Shown here piece by piece: positions 18,535-28,412 of a DNA stretch of 64,000 nt. Every line of letters begins with the position of its first letter. The stretch's first letter is position 1. The position numbers were made by a program, and so were the translations under genes. Origin of the DNA: Patescibacteria group bacterium UBA2196 (GTDB taxonomy: Bacteria; Patescibacteriota; Patescibacteriia; UBA2196); assembly GCA_002328025.1 (NCBI GenBank), contig DCVE01000014.1, positions 69,882-133,881 on the forward strand, in the 5' to 3' direction. The notes under the pieces are model-generated. The model did no database searches. It was not told the origin of the DNA and worked only from the letters and a program-made list of their open reading frames with translations.

Positions 18535-19656
18535 ATGCCCAACAAAGACTACTACGAATTACTTGGCGTTTCCAAATCTGCTTCTCAAGAAGAAATCAAA
18601 AAAGCATTTCGTAAGCTGGCCCATGAACATCATCCAGATAAAAAATCTGGCGATGAAGCCAAGTTTAAAGAAATCAACGAAGCTTATCAAGTTATAGGCA
18701 GTGAAGAAAAAAGAAAACAATATGATCAATTTGGTTCGGCTTATAATTCTGCCGGCGGTTTTAATGCTGGCCAAGGTTTTGGCGGAGGATTTAACTGGCA
18801 AGATTTTGCGCGTCAAAATTCTAGTGGAGGATTTTCTTTTAATAGTGAAGATATAGATTTAGGCGATATTTTTGGTGATGTTTTTGGTTTTGGTGGGGGG
18901 CGCAGTCGTGCTGGTCGCGCCAGAACTTCGGTGGGTGAGGATATTGAAATTGTTTTAACCATTGACTTTAAAGAAGCGATTTTTGGCGCGGAAAAATTAA
19001 TTTATTTAGAAAAAAATGATACTTGTGACGGTTGTCAGGGCTCTGGTGCCGAAGCAGGCAGTAAAATTTCCACTTGTCCAGAATGTAAAGGAGCTGGCCA
19101 AATTCGCCAAACGCAAAGAACAATTTTTGGCAATATTGCCACCAATGTGGTTTGTGGAACTTGTCATGGTGCAGGAGAAAAACCAGAAAAATTTTGTTCC
19201 AAATGCCACGGTTCTGGCCGTGTAAAAAATAAAAAAGAAATTAAAATTTCCATTCCAGCTGGTATTGATGAAAATCAACAAATAAAAATTTCCGGCGCCG
19301 GTCACGCAGGTGAGAAAAAAATTAGAGCCGGGGATTTGTATGTTTCTTTTAAAATTAATCCTGATAAGAAATTTGTGCGTCAAGGTCAAAATATTTTAAC
19401 CAAATTAAGTATTGATTTTGTCCAAGCTGCTTTGGGTGATAAAATTGAAATTGAAACTTTAGATGGAGTGGTTAGTTTAAAAATTCCTGAAGGCACGCAA
19501 ACAGGCAAGGTTTTATCTTTAAGTAATAAAGGTGTACCAGAATTAAATCGACCCAATCGTCGTGGAGATATGTTGGTAGAAGTTGTTGTTAAAACTCCAG
19601 AAAGAATTTCTCGTCAGGGTAAAAAATTACTAGAAGAATTAAAAAATGAATTATAA
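18535..19656 (+). CDS. dnaJ: chaperone DnaJ
   Basis: DYYELLGV, HPD, G/F region, four CxxCxGxG repeats. Confidence 0.98.
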   Translation: MPNKDYYELLGVSKSASQEEIKKAFRKLAHEHHPDKKSGDEAKFKEINEAYQVIGSEEKRKQYDQFGSAYNSAGGFNAGQGFGGGFNWQDFARQNSSGGFSFNSEDIDLGDIFGDVFGFGGGRSRAGRARTSVGEDIEIVLTIDFKEAIFGAEKLIYLEKNDTCDGCQGSGAEAGSKISTCPECKGAGQIRQTQRTIFGNIATNVVCGTCHGAGEKPEKFCSKCHGSGRVKNKKEIKISIPAGIDENQQIKISGAGHAGEKKIRAGDLYVSFKINPDKKFVRQGQNILTKLSIDFVQAALGDKIEIETLDGVVSLKIPEGTQTGKVLSLSNKGVPELNRPNRRGDMLVEVVVKTPERISRQGKKLLEELKNEL

Positions 19657-19662
19657 AAAAAA

Positions 19663-19690
19663 TAATAGCTGCACATTTGTGCAGTTATTA
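19663..19690. terminator. terminator between convergent dnaJ and corA-like gene
   Basis: TAATAGCTGCAC / GTGCAGTTATTA with A-run on the left. Confidence 0.65.
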
Positions 19691-19714
19691 TAAATTAAAA
19701 ATAAAATTATTTTT

Positions 19715-20662
19715 TTAAATCCATTTTTTGTGTTTAAAATAAGATATCATACCTAGCATGGCCAGGATCATAATAGCTATAATAAACCAAAAGCCGTAAG
19801 GGCTATTAATAAACGGCATGGAATCAATGGTGTTCATTCCAAACACGGAGGCAAAAAGCGTTAATGGAAAAACCACCACCGAAAAAATTGTTAAAGTTTT
19901 AATAATTTGATTTAGGTGTTGTGAAACCAATGACTCGTGCGTTTCGTGCAAAGCATTAATGGTGTCTTTATAATTTTCTAAAAAATCCCAGATATCTTTG
20001 GTGTGATTGACTAAATTATTATAATAAACCTGTAATTTGTGGGTGGCGAAAAGTTTTTCAGAGCGATTGATCAATTTTTGAATAATACTTTTGTGGGCCT
20101 GCATGGCTTTACGAAAATAAACAATATTGTGCTTGATGCGCATAATTTCGCGAATGATGTCAATTTTGTTGTGATCAATATTAAAAATTCGTGTTTCAAC
20201 CGCATCAATGTCTTGATTGATGTGATTAAGTATTGGGAAACAATAATGTAATAAATCGTTAAGTATCTCGTATAAAAGCACAGCTGGGTGTTCGCCTAAG
20301 TGATTGCCCGTTTCTTTTTTCTTTTTGGCGTTGTATTTGCGGAATAATTCATTAATGGGCGGTAGTTGATTATTATGAACTGTAATTAAAAAATTACGTC
20401 CAATAAAGAAATCAATTTCTGAAGCTTCAATTTCGCCCGTTGCACTACTGTAGTGTGGAAATTGTAAGATCATAAAAATGTAATCATCATATTCTGTCAA
20501 TTTTGGCCGTTGACTGGACGGCAAACAATCAGTTAAATCCAATTCATTGAAAGCAAAGTTTTGTTTTAGCCAGTCAATTTGTTTTTGTTCTGTGGCATCA
20601 ATACACACCCACCTTAGGCCGGTGACAAAATCAATATTTTTTATATGTTTTTCTGCTGGCAT
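19715..20662 (-). CDS. corA: CorA family Mg/Co transporter
   Basis: QRPKL, two C-terminal TMs with the FGMN signature; start at 20662 or 20698. Confidence 0.9.
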   Translation of the reverse strand: MPAEKHIKNIDFVTGLRWVCIDATEQKQIDWLKQNFAFNELDLTDCLPSSQRPKLTEYDDYIFMILQFPHYSSATGEIEASEIDFFIGRNFLITVHNNQLPPINELFRKYNAKKKKETGNHLGEHPAVLLYEILNDLLHYCFPILNHINQDIDAVETRIFNIDHNKIDIIREIMRIKHNIVYFRKAMQAHKSIIQKLINRSEKLFATHKLQVYYNNLVNHTKDIWDFLENYKDTINALHETHESLVSQHLNQIIKTLTIFSVVVFPLTLFASVFGMNTIDSMPFINSPYGFWFIIAIMILAMLGMISYFKHKKWI

Positions 20663-20702
20663 ATTTTTATATTTGTGTGGATAATTATATTGTATCATTT
20701 TT

Positions 20703-20731
20703 TTGTCTTTTCTACAAAAAAATAGTATAAT
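20703..20731 (+). promoter_or_regulatory. sigma70-type promoter
   Basis: TTGTCT-17 bp-TATAAT. Confidence 0.55.
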
Positions 20732-20741
20732 AGTATAAGTT

Positions 20742-21239
20742 ATGTCCTTAACTTTATTTATGCCCCCTTTTATTCAACGCAATCCAACTGAAATTAATCC
20801 TAGTGATAAATTGGAACATGATTTAGCTGGCATCGAAACAACCACCGTTTTAACTCCAGAAACCAATCAATTAGAGCCAACCACGCAAAGTGACCAGGTT
20901 TTAGTATCGGCTGTTTCTGATATAAATGATGTTCAAAATCAATCTGGAGTTAGTTATAATAAAGATCCTTTACATGTGGCGGTGGAAGATATTTTGGAAG
21001 AAAATTTAGCCAACCTGTATGTGTCTTTAAGTCCAGCTGAACAAATTAATTTTAAAAAGAAAGGTGATGAGACGGCTGGTAAAATTATAAATCTTTTAGC
21101 CACCACCCAGGCCACCTTTAAAAAGATTTTTAATTTTATTCTAATGTGGCTTAAAACAATTCCGGGTGTTAATAAATTTTTTTTGGAACAAGAAGCCAAG
21201 ATCAAGGCTGATAAAATTATGCAACTAAAAATAAACTAA
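20742..21239 (+). CDS. hypothetical protein (low-complexity N-terminus, helical C-terminus)
   Basis: Own promoter; 5 bp upstream of the ATPase gene; C-terminus WLKTIPGVNKFFLEQEAKIKADKI. Confidence 0.75.
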   Translation: MSLTLFMPPFIQRNPTEINPSDKLEHDLAGIETTTVLTPETNQLEPTTQSDQVLVSAVSDINDVQNQSGVSYNKDPLHVAVEDILEENLANLYVSLSPAEQINFKKKGDETAGKIINLLATTQATFKKIFNFILMWLKTIPGVNKFFLEQEAKIKADKIMQLKIN

Positions 21240-21244
21240 TTTTT

Positions 21245-23815
21245 ATGTCTCCCTATGTTCCAAACTCACCATTAGAATTAGCTGGTCAGAGTTTTTTTAA
21301 TAGTCCATCTTTTTATGTTGGGCTTTTTTTAATGGCTTTTGTTTTTTTAGCTGTGGTTTTTCTTTTTATTTATCGCGCCCATGCAAGACGTAATTATAAA
21401 TTACCAGCCAAGTACCATCAGGTGGTTTTGTTGGTTTCAATGCCCAAGGAAGCGTTGTCTGATAAAGAGGGTGGCAATGTAAATTCTATTGAAAAAATCC
21501 GTGAACAAATTTCTTGGGCAGAAAATTTATGGGCACAGGTGGGTGGTTTAAAAGCAGAAAAGGGATTCAAAGTTTGGTTGTATGGCCGCCATGACCACAT
21601 ATCTTTAGAAATTGTAGCGCATCAAAAAGTAATTTATTTTTATATCGCAGTACCAAAATATTTGCAAGCCTATCTTGAACAGCAACTACAAGCGCAATAC
21701 TCATATGCTCAAGTTGAAGAAGTTCCTGATTACAATATTTTTTCGCCCGCTGCAACCGTTGTCTGTGCCAGTGTTAAACTTGAAAAACAAAACATGCTTC
21801 AAATTAAAACCTATAAGGAATTTGACGCTGATCCATTAAATTCATTAACTAACATTTTAAGTAAACTTGGGTCTGATGACAGTGCTGCCATTCAGTTTGT
21901 GGTGCGTTCGGCCCATAAAAAATGGCGTACAGTCGGACTAAAAATTGCCGCAGCCATGCAGCAGGGTAAATCTTTAAGAGATGCTTTAAAAGCTAATAAT
22001 AAAGATTTATTAACAATTTTAAGTAAGGGATATAATGCGGTGTTTAGTCAAGAAGACGATAAAAAAAAAGATCAGGATAAAAAAGACGGTTTAACCCCAG
22101 GCAGTTATCGTCTTTCGGCCAAAGAAGAAGAGTTAGTCAAAAAAATTCAAGAAAAAAGCTCCAAAGCTGGTTTAGATGTTAACATCCGTGTGGTTATTAC
22201 TGCGCAAAATTTACCACTAGCTGATGCCTACTTAGCCAATGTTTTAAATTCTTTTGCCCAATATAATGTTTATGAATTTGGCAACGCTTTTAAGGTAGCT
22301 AAAAATAGCGGTGATGATAAAAATATTTCCGCCTTTATTCATCGAATTTTTAATGATAAAAATGGTTTTGTTTTAAATACTGAAGAATTGGCCTCGGTTT
22401 TTCATTTTCCATTACCTTCTTGTGAAACACCCAATATTCACTGGTTGGGTGCACGTAAGGCTGCGGCACCGATTAATATTCCGACCGAAGGTATTGTAAT
22501 TGGTAAAAACATTTTTCGTGGTGGTGAAACACTCATCCGCATGAAACAGGAAGATCGTATGCGTCATACATATATCATTGGTATGACCGGTGCTGGCAAA
22601 TCAGTTTTAATGGAAGAAATGGCCAAACAAGACATTGCGGCTGGTCGGGGAGTTTGTTTTATTGATCCGCACGGTACAGCCATCGATCGCATCATGCCTT
22701 GTATTCCCAAAGAAAGGCTTGAGGATGTTATATACCTTGATCCCTCTGATACAGAACGGCCAATCGGTTTAAATATGTTGGAAGCCAAAACTCAGCAGGA
22801 AATGGATTTTGCCACTTCAGAAATGATTAGTATTTTTTACAAACTTTTACCCGATCCGGCCATGGCTGGACCAATGTTTGAACATTATATGCGCAATGCC
22901 TTGTTGGCTTTAATGGCCGATCAAGATGATCCCGGAACTTTGGTGGAATTGGGACGCATTTTTACTGATGAAGATTATCGTAAGAAAAAGTTACATTATG
23001 TGCGGGATATTTTGGTGAAAGATTTTTGGGAAAGAGAATATACAGCTTCTCAGCGCGGCTCTATGGCTTCAGATATGCTTTCGTATGTCATTTCAAAAAC
23101 GGGTCGTTTTGTTGAAAATGAAATGATGCGTAACATTATTGGTCAATCTATTTCCGGTTTTAACTTTCGCCAAGTCATGGATGAGGGTAAAATTTTGCTA
23201 GTCAATTTATCCAAGGGTAAGATTGGTGAAACCAACAGTAGTCTTTTGGGTCTAATCATTGTTTCAAAATTACAGATGGCCGCCATGGCACGAGCTGATT
23301 TACCGGAAGAAAAAAGAAAAGATTTTATGTTATATATTGATGAGTTTCAAAATTATACCACTGATTCCATGGCCATTATTTTGGCTGAAGCCAGAAAATA
23401 CCGTTTGGCGCTGATCATGGCCCACCAGTATATTACGCAATTAGTCAAAGGTCAAGACACTTCCATTCGAGACGCTGTTTTTGGTAATGTTGGCAGCATG
23501 ATTATTTTCCGTATTGGCGTAGAAGATGCGGAAGTGATTGCCAAACAATTTGCGCCAGTCTTTAATCAACAAGATTTAATTAATATTGAAAAACGCAATG
23601 CCTATGTTAGACTCTTGATTGATGGTACGGTCAGTCGTCCGTTTAACATGGAGTCCATGCCTTGGACATTTGGTGATGAAAAAATTGTAACTGCCATACG
23701 CGAACTTTCTCGTCTAAAATATGGTCGTCCCAAAAATGGGGTTGAAGCGGAAATCATCCGACGGTCTAAAATAGGTGCTTTAAGTAAGGCTGCACTACAC
23801 AATAATGCCGAATAA
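21245..23815 (+). CDS. VirD4/TrwB/HerA-like ATPase with N-terminal TM and accessory domain
   Basis: HTYIIGMTGAGKS (Walker A), IDPHG, LYIDEFQN (Walker B), EARKY, AHQY, GNVGS. Confidence 0.88.
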   Translation: MSPYVPNSPLELAGQSFFNSPSFYVGLFLMAFVFLAVVFLFIYRAHARRNYKLPAKYHQVVLLVSMPKEALSDKEGGNVNSIEKIREQISWAENLWAQVGGLKAEKGFKVWLYGRHDHISLEIVAHQKVIYFYIAVPKYLQAYLEQQLQAQYSYAQVEEVPDYNIFSPAATVVCASVKLEKQNMLQIKTYKEFDADPLNSLTNILSKLGSDDSAAIQFVVRSAHKKWRTVGLKIAAAMQQGKSLRDALKANNKDLLTILSKGYNAVFSQEDDKKKDQDKKDGLTPGSYRLSAKEEELVKKIQEKSSKAGLDVNIRVVITAQNLPLADAYLANVLNSFAQYNVYEFGNAFKVAKNSGDDKNISAFIHRIFNDKNGFVLNTEELASVFHFPLPSCETPNIHWLGARKAAAPINIPTEGIVIGKNIFRGGETLIRMKQEDRMRHTYIIGMTGAGKSVLMEEMAKQDIAAGRGVCFIDPHGTAIDRIMPCIPKERLEDVIYLDPSDTERPIGLNMLEAKTQQEMDFATSEMISIFYKLLPDPAMAGPMFEHYMRNALLALMADQDDPGTLVELGRIFTDEDYRKKKLHYVRDILVKDFWEREYTASQRGSMASDMLSYVISKTGRFVENEMMRNIIGQSISGFNFRQVMDEGKILLVNLSKGKIGETNSSLLGLIIVSKLQMAAMARADLPEEKRKDFMLYIDEFQNYTTDSMAIILAEARKYRLALIMAHQYITQLVKGQDTSIRDAVFGNVGSMIIFRIGVEDAEVIAKQFAPVFNQQDLINIEKRNAYVRLLIDGTVSRPFNMESMPWTFGDEKIVTAIRELSRLKYGRPKNGVEAEIIRRSKIGALSKAALHNNAE

Positions 23816-23829
23816 TAAAATATATTCTT

Positions 23830-24414
23830 ATGTTAGAAAAACTTTTTGGTTCTCGAACTAGAATAAAACTTCTGAAACTTTTTTTAACGGACAAAAATAG
23901 TAAATTTTTTGTACGTGAAATTACACGACTGACTGGTGAAAAAATAAATTCAATTCGTCGAGAATTAGAAAATTTATCAGAACTTGGTTTACTTGAGGTG
24001 GTTGAAGAAATTCCACTTGATAAAAAAGAAGAAAATAAAAAATTTTATCGTGTTAATAATAATTTTCCTTTATTGTCAGCTTTGCAAGAAATTTTGCTTA
24101 AATCTAGACTTTTGGTGGAAAAAGGTTTAGCAGTCAAGATTGATAAAATAGGTTATGTAAAGTTTTTGGCGCTAAGTGGTTTTTTTGTGAACGATCCACA
24201 GGCTCCCACTGATTTTTTAATTGTTGGGCAGGTGGATAAAAAAAAATTAGCACGTCTGATCAATCAAATTTCCAAAGAGTTTGGACAGGAATTACGCTAT
24301 ACCTGTTTTTCAACTCAAGAATTTAATTATCGTAATAAAATAACGGATAAATTTTTATTTGAAGTTTTGGAGGGTAAAAAAATAGTTGTGCTTGATATTT
24401 TGAGTAAAGAGTAG
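23830..24414 (+). CDS. wHTH plus degenerate nucleotidyltransferase-fold protein
   Basis: LFGSRTRIKLL..FVREITR..INSIRRELENL (wHTH); LSGFF...TDFLIVG (degenerate NTase motif). Confidence 0.7.
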   Translation: MLEKLFGSRTRIKLLKLFLTDKNSKFFVREITRLTGEKINSIRRELENLSELGLLEVVEEIPLDKKEENKKFYRVNNNFPLLSALQEILLKSRLLVEKGLAVKIDKIGYVKFLALSGFFVNDPQAPTDFLIVGQVDKKKLARLINQISKEFGQELRYTCFSTQEFNYRNKITDKFLFEVLEGKKIVVLDILSKE

Positions 24415-24421
24415 CAAAATT

Positions 24422-25102
24422 ATGTTGGAAAGGATACAAAAAATTTTATCACGTCACGGTATAGCTTCTCGTCGTCGGGCCGAGGAGCTAATTTTAGCTG
24501 GAGCTGTTTTTGTTAATGGGCAGGTTGTTAAATTGGGTGATAAGGCTGATGAAGAAAGTGATAGTATAGTGGTTAGGGGTAAAAAAATAACAATAGCGGA
24601 AAAAAATAATTTTGTTTACTATCTTTTAAATAAACCCATAGGTTACGAGTGTTCCCTAAAGGGTCACAATAAAAATACTCAACTGGCAGTTGATTTGGTG
24701 CCCAAAAATCCTCGCGTGTGGACCGTGGGACGTTTGGATAAAGACTCTTCTGGACTTCTGGTTTTGACCAACGATGGACAGTTGACCAATCAATTAACTC
24801 ATCCTAAATTTAAACATGAAAAAGAATATCTTGTTAAAGTCAATAAAAAAATAGAGCCAACTTTTTTAATGGGCTTAAAAAAAGGCGTACACTTGACTGA
24901 AGGTTTGGCCAAAGCGGATGAGGTGCGTCAGGTCACTAAAGATTCTTTTAGTATAATTTTACACCAGGGTTGGAAACGACAAATTAGACGCATGTGTTAT
25001 GCTTTGGGTTACAACGTTCTAACTTTAAACAGGATTAGAATTGGACACTGGCAGTTGGGAAATTTAAAAGTGGGGGAGTATAGGATAATTTCAAATTTAT
25101 AA
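24422..25102 (+). CDS. RsuA/RluB family pseudouridine synthase
   Basis: S4 domain SRRRAEELI; NKP.G; GRLDKDSSGL; RQIRRM. Confidence 0.93.
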   Translation: MLERIQKILSRHGIASRRRAEELILAGAVFVNGQVVKLGDKADEESDSIVVRGKKITIAEKNNFVYYLLNKPIGYECSLKGHNKNTQLAVDLVPKNPRVWTVGRLDKDSSGLLVLTNDGQLTNQLTHPKFKHEKEYLVKVNKKIEPTFLMGLKKGVHLTEGLAKADEVRQVTKDSFSIILHQGWKRQIRRMCYALGYNVLTLNRIRIGHWQLGNLKVGEYRIISNL

Positions 25103-25122
25103 TTTTCTTTTTTTAAAACTAT

Positions 25123-25578
25123 ATGTATCTTTACTTAAACACAGCTGACTATAAATTTATGACTTTAGGTTTGATTAATATTCAGGGCCAGGTTTTATAT
25201 TTAGAAAAAATAAAAGCTGAGTATCAACAAGCAGAAAAATTATTACTCAATTTGGAGAAAATACTTTTAAATCAAGACAAAAAATGGCGTCTAAGTCTTA
25301 AGGGCGTTATTGCGGTTTTGGGTCCGGGTGGTTTTACATCACTCCGAATTGGTATTGCCACTGCCAATGCTCTGGCTTGGTCTTTGCAAATCCCCATCTG
25401 CGGTGTTAAATTAAAATTTAAAGAAGGCATTATGCCAGAGAAATTACAAGACGGACAATTAATAGGTATAGGTGTTACTAAGTTAAAAAAAATAAAAAAG
25501 TTTAAACAAATACTGCCGTTTTATGGCAGTGGGCCGCATATAACCATAAAAAAACGTCTTGACACACAATCGTTATAG
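25123..25578 (+). CDS. tsaB: t6A biosynthesis protein TsaB (short)
   Basis: GPGGFTSLRIGIATANAL. Confidence 0.85.
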   Translation: MYLYLNTADYKFMTLGLINIQGQVLYLEKIKAEYQQAEKLLLNLEKILLNQDKKWRLSLKGVIAVLGPGGFTSLRIGIATANALAWSLQIPICGVKLKFKEGIMPEKLQDGQLIGIGVTKLKKIKKFKQILPFYGSGPHITIKKRLDTQSL

Positions 25579-25587
25579 CGATAAAAT
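25559..25587 (+). promoter_or_regulatory. sigma70-type promoter for secDF
   Basis: TTGACA-17 bp-TAAAAT. Confidence 0.65.
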
Positions 25588-25615
25588 AAGTATAAATTAA
25601 TTTAAAAGTATTTTT

Positions 25616-27283
25616 ATGAGTTTATCAACCAAATCACAGAACCGCTATAAGTTGGCTGGTATTATTGTTTTAGCCATTTTTTGCGCGCTGATTGTTTATC
25701 CAAAAGTTCCCACCAGTACTCCATTGGAAAGTTTTTGGAATAAGTTTAAATTTCGTTTAGGCCTTGACTTGCAGGGCGGAGCGCATTTGGTCTATCAGGC
25801 TGACACCAGCCAGGTTGATGGGCGCGATCAAGCTTCAGCCGTGGCTGGTGTACGCGATGTTATTGAAAGACGTGTGAATGCTTTTGGGGTTTCTGAGCCA
25901 GTGGTGCAAACAAACATGGTTGGTAATGATTACCGTGTAATTGTAGAATTGGCTGGTGTTAAAGATGTTGATCAAGCTATTCAGATGATTGGTGAAACAC
26001 CTCTTTTAGAATTTAAAACTCAAAATCCAAACTATTCCGACGAGTTGACGAATACTCAAAAAACAGAATTAGAAAAATATAATAGTGCACAAAAAAACAA
26101 AGCCGAAGAAGTTTTAAAAGAAGCTCTGGTAAAAAATGTTAACTTTGAAAATTTAGCTAAACAATATTCTGAAGATCCAGGCTCAAAAGATCAGGGCGGT
26201 GATTTGGGTTGGGCCAAAAGAGGCATGTTTGTTAAGGAATTTGAAGATGAAATTTTTGATATTTTACAACCTGGTCAAACCTCACAAATTTTAGTTAAAA
26301 CCAGTTTTGGTTATCATGTTATTAAGAAAATTGCAGTGCGCGGCGAGGGTGCGGATTTAGAAGTTCATGCGCAACATATTTTATTTAAAACACGAAATGA
26401 AGCCGATATTGTTTCTGTTGCTAATCAGTGGCTTAATACTCAACTATCAGGCAAGAACTTAACGCGCGCTCAGGTGCAGTTTGATACGCAATCCGGCGAA
26501 CCTCAGGTAGGCCTAGAATTTAATGATGAGGGTAAAACATTGTTTGCCGAAATTACCGAACAAAATGTTGGCAAACCTGTGGCTATTTTTTTGGATGGCC
26601 AGCCCATTTCTGTGCCCAGAGTTGACGAGCCCATTAAAGAAGGCAAAGCGGTTATTAGTGGCCGTTTTAATATTAAAGAAGCCAAACAATTGGTGGAACG
26701 TTTAAATGCCGGTGCTTTACCAGTCCCAATCACTTTGATTTCGCAAGAAACAGTTGGTGCCTCGCTGGGGCAGGAATCTTTGGATAAAAGCTTATTTGCT
26801 GGTGTTGTTGGTTTAATTGCCGTGGCCTTGTTTATGCTATTTTTTTATCGTCTGCCTGGCTTAATTTCAGTGTTTGCCTTAATTATTTATGCTTTAATTA
26901 ACTTAACGCTTTATAAAACCTTATCTCTAACCCTAACTTTGGCTGGTATCGCTGGCTTTATTCTGTCAGTTGGAATGGCAGTTGATGCTAACGTGTTAAT
27001 TTTTGAACGTCTAAAAGAAGAGTTAAAAGCCGGTCGCGAAGTTGCCTCAGCGGTTGATGAGGGTTTTAAAAGAGCTTGGACTTCCATTCGTGATTCAAAT
27101 ATTTCATCGCTCATAACTTGTGTTATTTTGTATTGGATAGGTACTTCAATGGTTAAGGGTTTTGCTTTAACCTTGGCATTGGGTGTTTTAATTTCTTTAT
27201 TTTCTGCCATTACTGTCACCAGAACCTTTTTAAAACTTTTCTTAATTAAATCTTTTAAAGATAAAAAATGGCTTTTCGGCTAA
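25616..27283 (+). CDS. secD: SecD with an inserted parvulin (PpiC) domain
   Basis: LGLDLQGG, RVNAFGVSEP, AGALP, GMAVDANVLIFER; insert LAKQYSEDPGSKDQGGDLG...FGYHVIK. Confidence 0.95.
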   Translation: MSLSTKSQNRYKLAGIIVLAIFCALIVYPKVPTSTPLESFWNKFKFRLGLDLQGGAHLVYQADTSQVDGRDQASAVAGVRDVIERRVNAFGVSEPVVQTNMVGNDYRVIVELAGVKDVDQAIQMIGETPLLEFKTQNPNYSDELTNTQKTELEKYNSAQKNKAEEVLKEALVKNVNFENLAKQYSEDPGSKDQGGDLGWAKRGMFVKEFEDEIFDILQPGQTSQILVKTSFGYHVIKKIAVRGEGADLEVHAQHILFKTRNEADIVSVANQWLNTQLSGKNLTRAQVQFDTQSGEPQVGLEFNDEGKTLFAEITEQNVGKPVAIFLDGQPISVPRVDEPIKEGKAVISGRFNIKEAKQLVERLNAGALPVPITLISQETVGASLGQESLDKSLFAGVVGLIAVALFMLFFYRLPGLISVFALIIYALINLTLYKTLSLTLTLAGIAGFILSVGMAVDANVLIFERLKEELKAGREVASAVDEGFKRAWTSIRDSNISSLITCVILYWIGTSMVKGFALTLALGVLISLFSAITVTRTFLKLFLIKSFKDKKWLFG

Positions 27284-27324
27284 ATTTTTGTACTAAAGAA
27301 AAAATAAATTAAAAATTGTTTACT

Positions 27325-28254
27325 ATGAATTTACACATCGTTAAAAATCGCAATTATTTTTTCATTTTTTCCGGAATTATTGTATTTGCCAGTTTGTTAA
27401 GTTTATATTTTTGGGGTTTAAAACCAGGTATTGATTTTACGGGTGGTTCTTTTTTAGAAATTAAATTAAACAATCAAAATCAAGTTAATGCTCAAGAAAT
27501 GGCCGCTCAAATTCAGAGTACCCTGCCAGATATTGGTGAGGTGCGTATACAGTCGACCACCAATGGTTTTATCGCGCGTTCTCGTCACCTAACAGAAACC
27601 CAGCATCAAACCATATTAGCCATTGTGGCTAAATTATATCCACCTAACGAGAAAGATAACGTGCAGGTTTGGGAAGAAACAAGATTTGAATCAGTTGGAC
27701 CCATGATTGGGGTTGAATTAAAAAACAAAGCCATCTGGGCATTGGCGTTAGCCATGGTGGCTATAATTTTATACATCGCTTGGTCATTCCGCAAGGTGTC
27801 GCGACCGGTGGCTTCTTGGAAATACGGCGTTGGTGCGGTGATCGCTCTGATGCACGATTTAATAATTGTGGCCGGTGCGTTTGCTATTTTTGGACATTTT
27901 TTTGGCTATGAAATTGATTTATTATTTGTTTCAGCTCTGCTCACCATCCTTGGCTTTTCCGTGCATGATACAATTGTGGTGTATGATCGTACGCGCGAAA
28001 ATTTGATTTATAGTCCACAAAAAACTTTTGATGAAACTTTAAATAAAGCCATAAATGAAACCATACATCGTTCTATTAATACCTCTTTAACCGTGTTTTT
28101 GGTGCTTCTATCCCTTTATATTTTAGGTGGCGTGTCAACACAAAATTTTGTTTTAGCTTTAATGATTGGTGTGATTATTGGTACTTACTCGTCAATTTTT
28201 GTCGCTTCAAATTTATTGATTGTTTGGCAGCGTTTGGGAAGTCAAAAAAATTAA
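27325..28254 (+). CDS. secF: protein translocase subunit SecF
   Basis: GIDFTGG, VGPMIG, HDTIVVYDRTRE, GTYSSIF; ATG 27325. Confidence 0.96.
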   Translation: MNLHIVKNRNYFFIFSGIIVFASLLSLYFWGLKPGIDFTGGSFLEIKLNNQNQVNAQEMAAQIQSTLPDIGEVRIQSTTNGFIARSRHLTETQHQTILAIVAKLYPPNEKDNVQVWEETRFESVGPMIGVELKNKAIWALALAMVAIILYIAWSFRKVSRPVASWKYGVGAVIALMHDLIIVAGAFAIFGHFFGYEIDLLFVSALLTILGFSVHDTIVVYDRTRENLIYSPQKTFDETLNKAINETIHRSINTSLTVFLVLLSLYILGGVSTQNFVLALMIGVIIGTYSSIFVASNLLIVWQRLGSQKN

Positions 28255-28298
28255 TTATATTAAATTTTTTGAGTTGGGCTTGTTTAAATAAGCTAAGT

Positions 28299-28335
28299 GG
28301 TGGGCAGGTTTTATACCTGCCCACCTTGTTTATTT
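28299..28335 (+). terminator. terminator / REP-like palindrome after secF
   Basis: GGTGGGCAGGT-TTTAT-ACCTGCCCACC followed by T-rich tract. Confidence 0.7.
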
Positions 28336-28362
28336 GACATACTAAAATAAATCTGTTATACT
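28334..28362 (+). promoter_or_regulatory. sigma70-type promoter with extended -10
   Basis: TTGACA-17 bp-TATACT, preceded by TGn. Confidence 0.75.
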
Positions 28363-28412
28363 AATTTTATAATCTTAAATTTTAAATAAAATTAGCTAAA
28401 ATAAGTAAAAAT

